From sequence record DRR723986_6333: DNA of 32,951 nucleotides. One strand, 5' to 3'. Position 1 is the first letter of the stretch; each line of letters begins with the position of its first letter. Shown piece after piece: positions 1 through 8,600 of the stretch. Both the position numbers and the translations under genes were made by a program. The notes below the pieces were generated by a model. It worked only from the letters and a program-made list of their open reading frames with translations, had not been told where the DNA came from and did not search any database.

Positions 1-28
1 GGAAGTTCGAGTCTTCTCGACCGCACCA
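1..28 (+). tRNA. 3' fragment of a tRNA, probably tRNA-Leu (truncated by window edge)
   Basis: T-arm GGAAG-TTCGAGT-CTTCT, then acceptor 3' strand CGACCGC, discriminator A and CCA at 26-28. The anticodon is outside the window; Leu is inferred from resemblance to alphaproteobacterial tRNA-Leu 3' ends. Confidence 0.85.
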
Positions 29-104
29 TTCTCCCAAGAATTGAACAGCCTTGCGCTATGCAAATGCGATGATCGCCGATCAGATCATCTGCGTCGCCAC
101 CGGA

Positions 105-719
105 TCAGACAACACCTGCATCCTTGCCGATCATGGCCGCATGGGTCCGGTTCTTGGCGTCGAGCTTGCGGCACAGGGTCTTGACGTGCAGCTTGATCGT
201 GACTTCCTGCAAATCGAGTTCGCGGGCGATCTCTTTGTTTGACAGGCCCCGGCACAGGCCGTCGAGAACCTGCGATTCACGTGCGGACAGTAGTGCCGAC
301 AGTGCCGTTTCGGGTGTCGTCTCTTCTGCATTCAGGAAACCCAGTGGCACATAGACCTCGCCCACGGCCATAAAGCGAATGGCATTCACCACCGACTTCG
401 CCGCCATGGTCTTGGGCAGAAACCCGATGGCGCCATTGTCGATTGCGGTTTGCGCGATTGCCTTGTTCGCGGTGCCCGACATCAGGGCCACGGGGCGCCC
501 GTTGGACAGCTTGATGGCCTTCGCCAACCCGTCCAGCCCGTTCATTCCCGGCATCGAATAGTCGAGCAGCACCAGATCATACGGGGCGGAGTTGCCAATT
601 TTGGTGCAGGCCGCGTCCAGCGTGTCTGCGGTGTCAACCTCGAATGCCCCCTGAGAGGTCAGGAACGCGCTGAGGGTTTCGATCATCAGATCGTGGTCGT
701 CGGCAAGAAGGATCCGCAT
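105..719 (-). CDS. NarL/LuxR-family DNA-binding response regulator (RR1)
   Basis: REC domain (MRILLADDHD, LLDYSMPG phospho-Asp, FLPK) plus LuxR HTH (LSARESQVL..GLSNKEIARELDLQEVTIKLHV). Start placed at ATG 719, 10 bp after the kinase stop. Confidence 0.93.
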   Translation of the reverse strand: MRILLADDHDLMIETLSAFLTSQGAFEVDTADTLDAACTKIGNSAPYDLVLLDYSMPGMNGLDGLAKAIKLSNGRPVALMSGTANKAIAQTAIDNGAIGFLPKTMAAKSVVNAIRFMAVGEVYVPLGFLNAEETTPETALSALLSARESQVLDGLCRGLSNKEIARELDLQEVTIKLHVKTLCRKLDAKNRTHAAMIGKDAGVV

Positions 720-729
720 GGTATCAACT

Positions 730-3480
730 CTATCTCTTTGTGACTGCCACGGCCAGCGTGCGGGACAGTTCTTCCAGGTCAATCGGCTTGGCTAGTATAG
801 CGGCAGTTTGTGCCTGAATAAGACGAGGATCTGACAATCTCTGGGCCAGAGCGGTGACGACGATGATCGGCATGTCGGGCGAAAGGGCGCGAACCTTCTG
901 TGTCAGCTCGCCGCCATTCATGATCGGCATGTCGTAATCCGTGACCACCGCGTGCCAGTCGTCGGGGTCTTCCCTGATCGCGTCTAGCGCGTCCCTGGGA
1001 TCCTTACAGACGGCGACTTCCAGCCCTTTCGCCTCCAGATAGGAGGATATGACCGCGGCGACATTGGGATCGTCATCGACCACGATGACCGACAGGCCCT
1101 GCAACCGACTCAAATCTACCGAGCCTTTCGCGGTCGGCAGCAGATCGAGCCCGGCCAGTGGCCAATAGATGCGGAAGCTCGTCCCCCGGCCCGGTTCCGT
1201 GTCAAGCCCGATTGCGCCGCCGATGGCCTGGACCTGAAGCGCGGCAGTCGCGAGGCCAAGCCCAGTTCCCAACCTGCCCTTGGTCGTGAAGAACGGTTGA
1301 AAGACCTTCTTGGTCATCTCGGGCGACATGCCCGCTCCGGTATCGGTCAATCGCAGGCAGAGATAACGGTTTGTCGGGTCCAATTGCCCGAACGAAATGC
1401 TTTCCGCCTCCGAGGCCGCGCAGGCCCGGGTGTCGAGGATGATGCGGCCGTCCTTGTCACCAATCGCGTCCCGGGCGTTCAGGATCATGTTCACCAGCAC
1501 CTGGTTCAGCACACCTGAATTTCCCTTCAGGATATGGGCCACACCGTCGGTCTGGATGTCGAACGCAATCCTTTGAGGAATGTTGGTGCCCAGAAGTTCC
1601 GGTAATGTATCAAGGTTCGATGCCAGGTCGAAAACGCTGGTCTTGTCCGATCCGCCGCCAACATCCAGCAGCCGCGAAATCAGCTTGGCGGACTGCACGC
1701 AGGCCGCATTGATCCGATCGACATGCGGCTGCAACGACGGCACAAGATCGTCAGACAGCGAAATCAGGGTCGCAGAGCCGTTGATCGCCGCGAGCAGGTT
1801 GTTGAAGTCATGGGCAATGCCGGCAGTAAGCTGCGCGATGGCCTGCTGGCGCTGCAATCTGGAAAGCTCCTGCACCATTTCGGCTTCGCGCCGTTCGACT
1901 GCGAGGTTTTCAGAGATGTCCCGAATGACCAGCACCGACCCTCCGCCCTCCAGGGGCGAGCCGGTGATTTCGTGCGTTTCCGCCACGCCCGGGGCCTTGC
2001 GCGCCAGGCTCACCTCGAATGCAGCGTCAAGCCCTTCCGCCGATCGGGTGTAATAGGCGCGCCACCATCGCTTGCCCAGCCCGCCGCTGGCCCCTTTGTA
2101 GCCAAGCAGGGCGACCGCCGCCGTGTTGAGATAGACGATCCGGCCCTCGTCATCGGTCACGACGATCCCGTTCTGCACGGCCTCGATGGCGGCCAGTCTT
2201 TGGGACAGCAGGTGCTGTGCGGATTTCATCGCCGTGACATTGGTTGCCGACAGAACGATTCCGCCATCATCCAGCCTGCTGGCGCGTAACAGAACGCTGC
2301 GCCCGTCCGGAAGGTCCACCTCCTGCGCGGTGGCCAGATCGCACAGGGCGGCAAGGTCGGGTTCGAACATCTGTGACGGTTTTTCACCCGGATAGTCCCT
2401 GCAGCCCTCAAGATAGGACGCCCAGTTGTCCGCGAAGCTGCTTCCAACCGCCCAGTTGTAATCGGTGGCGGGAAACAGATGGTTCACGGCGGCATTTGCC
2501 ACCGCAACGCGAAGGTCGCGCTCGAGGACAAGAAACGCATCTTCGGTGGCCGAAAACGCCCGTTCCATCCGGGCGCGGGCGTGGTCCCGCTGTTCGGCGG
2601 CCTCGACGCGGGCGGTTACATCGGTTTGCGTTGCAACAATGCTTTGCACTTCGCCCGTTGCCGATTTGACTGGATAGAGCGTCATTTCGTTCCAGAACAG
2701 CGCGCCGGACTTGCGTTGGTTGCGCAGCAAGAAGGTGCCGCCCGCACGATCCGTCACGGCCTGGCGCAATCGCCTGCGTTCGGGGGAATCTGGTGCTTCG
2801 GCGGTCAGAAATCGACAATTGCGGCCCAGAACCTCGTCTGCCCTGAACCCGGACAGCCGTTCGAAGGCTTGGTTGACATAGACAAGCGGCTGATCCGCGT
2901 GCGTCGCATCCGAGATCGCAAAGCCTGAGGACGATCCCGATATTGTTGCTGCCAGCAGATCCTTTTCGACGTTGATATCCCGGTTGATCAAGGCTTGGGC
3001 GGCAAGCCCGGCAAGCCGCCGCGCCAGGTCGTAGTCGGATTTGCGGAAGCTCTCGGACGGTTTCCGAACCGAAATCAACGCCGTGTCCTGATCAATGAGG
3101 GCAACGAGGCAGCCGCCATAGGCGCTGGCGTCGAACGACCCGGACCAGTCGCCAAGTACCGGCAGGGAATAGATGTTTCGCGAGCGGGCAAAGAGATCGA
3201 CCGGAGGGCGCAGTTGCGCACCGATAAAGGATGCATCGTCCCCGGCCCTGACCTCGACATATCCATGCGCCTTGCGCACCACGATCAGGGACAGGACCGC
3301 GCCGATTTTGTCCCGCAAGGACAGGAAGATCGAATTAAGCGCGCTAACCGGATCCTGCGCGCTGGAATACGCCTCCAGGCAGTCCAGAAGCGCTTGCGTT
3401 TCATCCAGGATCTGCGCCTCTCGGTCACGAAGAAGCTGCAATTCATGCAAGGCTTCGCGCAGACGCTCGTCTTCTGACAT
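730..3480 (-). CDS. Hybrid sensor histidine kinase: GAF-like region, LOV, two further PAS domains, HisKA, HATPase, REC
   Basis: LOV motif EVLGRNCRFL (GRNCRFL at 2806-2826) with DQPLVYVNQAF and ATQTDVT; H-box AGIAHDFNNLL; N-box NMILNARDA; G-boxes DTGAGM, PFFTTK, GTGLGL; C-terminal REC (VVDDD, VTDYDMP, AKP). Confidence 0.93.
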   Translation of the reverse strand: MSEDERLREALHELQLLRDREAQILDETQALLDCLEAYSSAQDPVSALNSIFLSLRDKIGAVLSLIVVRKAHGYVEVRAGDDASFIGAQLRPPVDLFARSRNIYSLPVLGDWSGSFDASAYGGCLVALIDQDTALISVRKPSESFRKSDYDLARRLAGLAAQALINRDINVEKDLLAATISGSSSGFAISDATHADQPLVYVNQAFERLSGFRADEVLGRNCRFLTAEAPDSPERRRLRQAVTDRAGGTFLLRNQRKSGALFWNEMTLYPVKSATGEVQSIVATQTDVTARVEAAEQRDHARARMERAFSATEDAFLVLERDLRVAVANAAVNHLFPATDYNWAVGSSFADNWASYLEGCRDYPGEKPSQMFEPDLAALCDLATAQEVDLPDGRSVLLRASRLDDGGIVLSATNVTAMKSAQHLLSQRLAAIEAVQNGIVVTDDEGRIVYLNTAAVALLGYKGASGGLGKRWWRAYYTRSAEGLDAAFEVSLARKAPGVAETHEITGSPLEGGGSVLVIRDISENLAVERREAEMVQELSRLQRQQAIAQLTAGIAHDFNNLLAAINGSATLISLSDDLVPSLQPHVDRINAACVQSAKLISRLLDVGGGSDKTSVFDLASNLDTLPELLGTNIPQRIAFDIQTDGVAHILKGNSGVLNQVLVNMILNARDAIGDKDGRIILDTRACAASEAESISFGQLDPTNRYLCLRLTDTGAGMSPEMTKKVFQPFFTTKGRLGTGLGLATAALQVQAIGGAIGLDTEPGRGTSFRIYWPLAGLDLLPTAKGSVDLSRLQGLSVIVVDDDPNVAAVISSYLEAKGLEVAVCKDPRDALDAIREDPDDWHAVVTDYDMPIMNGGELTQKVRALSPDMPIIVVTALAQRLSDPRLIQAQTAAILAKPIDLEELSRTLAVAVTKR

Positions 3481-3498
3481 TTGGTGCCTTTGATTGGT

Positions 3499-4674
3499 CT
3501 AGCCAAACACTATGCACGAGATCATGAGATTACCATGGCGATTTCCGGCGCGAATCAAGGCGCCCTGTTCGCCGAAGGTGAATGTCCCCAGGAAGGGCGC
3601 ACCATCCAGGGCGTCGTTGACCCCGGCCACGACCTCGTCCAGCCGATCCTGCACCGACAACATGCAGCCCCCGCAATAGACCATTAGCGCCCCGGATATT
3701 GGCGACGCGGCCAATTGGCCCGAGGACCGCGCCAAGCTGGCAACGCGGCCTGCGCGGGCGATCAGGCCGTCTTTCGTGCCGGTCATCAGTGTCAGTTTTT
3801 CGCCGGTGGCGACGGTCGCAAACAGGTCGATCGACCCGTCCGCCCGCGCAACGGCGGGGTGGGCCAGCAGGTAGAACGGCACGCTGCCCAGTTGGCCAAC
3901 TTCGCGCCCGAGCGGCCAAAGCGTGCTTTCGGCAAGGATGGCTGTTTCCGGTTCGGAGATGTCGGGTTGGGGAATCGCGCCATTGGTCCAGGCGCGATAC
4001 ATATCGAGGGCAGGGCGTCCATCGATTTCAAAGACCCGGCGGCCCGAGGATTGCGTAACCGTGCCGCTATGGCCGGTCGGGGAATAGCCGTTCTGGTAAG
4101 CGAAGGACACTGGCGCCGAGGGGAACAGCACCGACACGACCACCCCGTCGCCGCTGCGGTGCTGCCGGTCGAAAACGAACCATTCGGCGGATATGCTGTT
4201 ATCCGCCGCGCTGCCGCCGATGATGGGCACATCGGTTCCGATGGCGTCCTCGATCCCGGCCAGAACGTCTTCCTCTGCGCCGGGAGTTGCTGACAGCCAG
4301 ACCAGTTCCGGTCGCTCGCCCATCCGGTCGGCCGCTGCCAGTGCCCGGAGGGTGGCTGTGCGGGCCGCTGCCCGAGGGTCGGCAGACATGGGCTCCAGTG
4401 CGGTGCCATAGGCCCCGTCCGGGTCGCTGATGGCAAAGACGCCAACGCCTTCGGTATGGCCCGCATGAGTCATCGCGCCTCGGCAGGAGGTTGCACCATG
4501 AAGCTGAGCGGGGCCCGCGACAGAATGGGCCGCGCGTTCCATGGCGGTGCAATTGCCGTGGATCACAACGAAATCCGTTGCCCTGCCCTTCAAAAGGGAC
4601 AGCGCGGTTGACAGGTCTGGGGACTGCTCCACGAAGACTTTCAAGGCTCGCTCCCTATCTTTAGAAGAGCGCAT
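3499..4674 (-). CDS. FIST-domain signal transduction protein (NosP-like)
   Basis: FIST-type motifs GATSC, PIIGGSAAD, VFEIDGRPA, YCGGC and GTFTFGEQG..HGN; 391 aa; directly upstream of a histidine kinase. Confidence 0.85.
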   Translation of the reverse strand: MRSSKDRERALKVFVEQSPDLSTALSLLKGRATDFVVIHGNCTAMERAAHSVAGPAQLHGATSCRGAMTHAGHTEGVGVFAISDPDGAYGTALEPMSADPRAAARTATLRALAAADRMGERPELVWLSATPGAEEDVLAGIEDAIGTDVPIIGGSAADNSISAEWFVFDRQHRSGDGVVVSVLFPSAPVSFAYQNGYSPTGHSGTVTQSSGRRVFEIDGRPALDMYRAWTNGAIPQPDISEPETAILAESTLWPLGREVGQLGSVPFYLLAHPAVARADGSIDLFATVATGEKLTLMTGTKDGLIARAGRVASLARSSGQLAASPISGALMVYCGGCMLSVQDRLDEVVAGVNDALDGAPFLGTFTFGEQGALIRAGNRHGNLMISCIVFG

Positions 4675-4717
4675 AGCTGCTTTCCGCGCTGTTCACATCA
4701 TCTCAGGAGAGTAGATT

Positions 4718-4733
4718 ATATCCGAAAGTATAG
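4718..4733. promoter_or_regulatory. Candidate operator, copy A (ATATCCGAAAGTATAG)
   Basis: AT-rich imperfect palindrome upstream of the FIST-kinase-RR1 genes; near-copies at 13984, 21809 and 30809. Confidence 0.5.
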
Positions 4734-5141
4734 TCAGCCTTGATAGGCTGCCGAGACCATCGCCCTTGCCAGCCCGTCATAGGTTTCGCGCCAGGCGGCT
4801 TCGTCCTGCGCACTGAAGCTCTGCCCCAGAATCTGTTTCAGGGCGTCGATCAATGCGGCACCGACGGCGTCATATTGTTCGGGGGTGACGCCATAGCCCA
4901 CATGGCGTTTGGCAAGCTGCACTGCGGCGGGCAGCAGATTGTCGGGCTCTTCGAGATTGTCGACGATGAAAGACAGGGTTTGCGCCAGCTTGCGCCCCTG
5001 CAATTTCATGTCGCCCGCAAACAGGGTCTTCGATCTTGGGTCGATCCGGAACAGGCAGGAATAGAACAGACGCGACATCCGATCCGCATCGGTCGCAGCA
5101 AGGGCCCAACTGGCCTGAACGCGGTCAATGGTTTCGGTCAC
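4734..5141 (-). CDS. Single-domain globin (flavohemoglobin-type globin domain, no reductase)
   Basis: 135 aa; VQASW, LFY(B10)..LF..DP..KTLF(CD1), Q(E7)GRKL, LAKRH(F8)VGYGV, YDAVGAAL. Confidence 0.9.
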   Translation of the reverse strand: MTETIDRVQASWALAATDADRMSRLFYSCLFRIDPRSKTLFAGDMKLQGRKLAQTLSFIVDNLEEPDNLLPAAVQLAKRHVGYGVTPEQYDAVGAALIDALKQILGQSFSAQDEAAWRETYDGLARAMVSAAYQG

Positions 5142-5263
5142 GTGAGATCAAACCTGTTGTTGGCACACCCGCACTCCTATCAGGCGGGCAGGCACGAGGG
5201 AAGCCCGGCATCGGCGAACCTGTCGTGGCATACGGAAATTCTGCGTCCCCAATTGCTGGAGCT

Positions 5264-5638
5264 TCACCCCAGAACGATCAGCCCCCAGCATAGGCCCCAC
5301 AGCCCGCCAGTCACCATGACTGCTGCGCTTGCGATGTCCTTTGCTTTCTTTGCCAGCGGGTGGCGGTCGGTCGAGACATAGTCAACCGTTGCCTCAACAG
5401 CGCTGTTCAGCAATTCAACGACCATCGTCAGCCCGCCAAGCGCGACCAGAAGGGCGGTTTCTGCGGTTGAGAACTCTCCCAGCATCAGCATCAGCCACCC
5501 AAGGGCATTCAGTCCGGCCCATTGCCTGAGGCTCTTTTCCTCGCGCCAGCACAGGCGCCATCCTTGCATCGACCAACTCGCTGTTTTTTGAAGACGCCAG
5601 ATTTCTCTGGCCAGGTGAGAGGTAACTGAACGTATCAT
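5264..5638 (-). CDS. dgkA: Diacylglycerol kinase (prokaryotic membrane DAGK)
   Basis: 124 aa, hydrophobic, signature VELLNSAVEATVD..HPLAKKAKDIASAAV; ATGA overlap with the upstream gene. Confidence 0.92.
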   Translation of the reverse strand: MIRSVTSHLAREIWRLQKTASWSMQGWRLCWREEKSLRQWAGLNALGWLMLMLGEFSTAETALLVALGGLTMVVELLNSAVEATVDYVSTDRHPLAKKAKDIASAAVMVTGGLWGLCWGLIVLG

Positions 5639-8600
5639 TGCGACGGGTCCTGCTGACAGGGGGTGGAAAGGTCCATCAACTGATCCAGATCCTCGGTCCC
5701 CAGATCGTCGGAATAGATGCCGGTTGCCCCTTGTCGCAGCAGGCAGGCTGCGGTGGCCCGGTCGTTGATGGTGTGAACATAGACCGGCATTCCGGTTGCG
5801 CGTGTCACCGCGCCAAGCAGGCCATCTTCGGCTACGGCAAGCGGCATGGTCAGAGCATCCGGCCTGTAGGCGAGGGCGGCTTCGATAACCCTGTCGGGGT
5901 CGCTGCCGAAGCGGTAAAGCGTCCAGATAACCTGCTTGAACCCAAGCTCGCGATAGAGGGCAATCTCTTCCGGCTGATAGGCTTGGGGGACGAACTGCGC
6001 AAGGATATCGGGATGCCTGGTTGCGATGATCTCATGCGCGGCGGCGGGGTCGCTTTTGACATCGGTCACAATCAGGATGTTCGGGTTTGCCCGCATCCAT
6101 CCCGCCAGCCCGTCAAGATCGCAGTTCCTGGGCTGATCGGGACTGGCGGCAAGCAGTTGTCGAAACTGGCCAAGATCGAGGGGCGAATCCGTTGCTGCCC
6201 CGAACCGGCTGGTGAAGCTGTCCTGCCAGTCATGAAGGCAGACCAGTTCCCCGTCGGCGGTCCAACTAAAATCGATCTCGAACACGTCGAACCGGGCGAG
6301 ATTGGCGGCCATGGCCTCAAAGGAATTGGATATCGCGATGCCGCCAAGGCGTCCGCCCCCATGCGCAACAGAACGGCCAAAGAGGGCGGGCTGCGTGGCT
6401 CTTAGCCGGAGGGACTGGACCATCAGGCCAAGCGTGCGGGAGTCGTCACTGATTTCGCGCGCGGCAGGGCATGCCAGCGTCGCCCCTTGCAGTGACAGAA
6501 CCAAAGGGATCGCGCGGCCCCGTGGTAGCGTGCTGACGTCAATTACCAGAGGGGCGTTGATTCCCGTTTGCTGCCTGCCGATCGTGGTGCCCTGATAGGA
6601 CACGGCGACATCGACTGTGTCTGACTCGAAGGCGGCTGTTGCCACGGCCAGTGACAGTGAAGCCGGCTGGTCCGGCAGCACAACTTCGAAGGTCGCGACC
6701 TCTGCGCCCATCCAGCGCCCGAACTCCTCTTGCGGCCACCACCCGCCAGCGAAGGACACCCCCCTTGTGGCCATCGCCTCGGCCAGCGGCACGATCCTGT
6801 CGACCGGCAGGGCGGTCTCTGCGGGCAGGGGGGGCTGCGCGGCTGAGGGGGGCTGGCATCCCTCCTCAACGGCGACCGCTTCTGCCGGGACCGCAGGCAC
6901 GGGCGTTGCAAGCGCCTGAAAAGGCGCAGGTTCGTCGGCGATGACGTCGCCAAGCATCGCGCCGATCAGCATGGCCGCCATCTGACGGGGATCGGTGCCG
7001 CTGCCTTGTGCCGAAGGGCAGGTCAGCGCGTCGCCACCGGCAATCAGGTCGAACGTGACGGGCTGCCCCCTCGGCACACCAGTCAACCGGGCCGAGATCG
7101 CGTCGCGCCCGGACAGGGTTGTCTGGGTCAGGATACGCCCATCAAAGGCAAGCTGGATGTTTCGGCTGCCCGGCACCGCAAGCTCTAGGGTCAGTTGCAG
7201 GTCGTTCGCAGTCTCGGGCAGAACCAGAGTCAGACGGGCGTCACGCGATCCCATCCAAAAACCGCCGGGTTCCTGTCCCCACCAGCCCGTGGGAAACCCG
7301 ATAGGCCCGGCCAACGCGCCGCCGGATATGCGCTGTCCGATTTGCAGGGGAGCGACCGGGGCAGGTGACGCGGGGGGCGTGGGGACGATGCATTGCCGCG
7401 TTTCGGCGGCGGGTGCCGCGATGGCGACGACACGATGCTCAACCACGTCATCCTCGTGCTCAACTTGCCTGGATGGCTCGGCTCGGGCCAGGGCCGCCGG
7501 GGCGGCCGCGATTGTCGCCTGGCCGGGCGCTGCGGCTGGTTCTTCGGCGACGACGGGTTCGGCCAGCGGGTCGAGGAAGACGCGGAGACGTGGAAAGTGC
7601 CGGTTCGCGAACTCTGCAATGCGGTGATCCGGCCCGATCACTGCAAGATAGGGTTCGCGCATCTCTGAAGCGCGTAATTCGGGCAATGAAAGCCCCTGTA
7701 GGACCGGAGTGATCGGTGCGATCTCGGGTCCGCAGAACGCCGTGTCGTGAACGGCGAGAATATGGGCGATGAACCTGTCGCGTGATGCGTCGATCTGATC
7801 CGCCCATAGGGAATGAGAGGCCGGATCGAACCCGGTTGCACATTGGTCCAGACGGTCGAGAATTTCGGCGCGCCCGTCAGGGCCTATTCCGATCAGGCTC
7901 AGGCCGCGCTGCAGAACCCAGTCTTCACCGGCCTCAAGGCTTTCGGTGGTCTGACGTCTGACGAAGCTGGCCCCGGCACCGAAGGCAGAGGACTGCAACA
8001 GGATCCCGCGTTCTCCGGTGGCCAGCGATGAGATGGTGATCGGCAGGGGCAGATCCCCGCGTGCTTGCCCGATCCGGATCAGCCCGTCTGCTTCCTGTTC
8101 CGCCGAAACCGCAGTTGCATTCGTCAGCATTTCGACCAGTTGCTGCCGGGAGAAAAAGCGCGATTGAGTGAGCGGGTGCAAGGCCGCGCCGGTTGTGCGG
8201 TCTCCGGTCAGAAGGCAGAGCCCGTCCTGATCGGCCATGCCCGCCTCTGGGGCCATCAGGCCAAGTGCGTGGCAGTCATCAAACCAGAAATAGCGCGTAC
8301 CGGCAGGCAGGTTCAGCGCAGTCTGCGACAGGGTCTCTTGCGCGCGCAGATCCCCGAGGGTCGCCTGCGAGATCGCTTCGCCCTCGTCAAAGGCAAACAG
8401 GGCGGGCAGCCGAAACCTGCTGTGGCCGAACTGGACCTGCCCGGCCTCGGTATTGGCGTATAGCCCGTCCGACAGATCCGGATAGGCCCAAAGCCGCGCA
8501 TAAACGGATTGAAAGCCCATGACGTGATTGTTCAGGGCGCGCTGATCGTCGGCGGCGACGTCGAGCGTTTCGGGCAGGGTTGGCGAAGCGCCAAGCAGAT

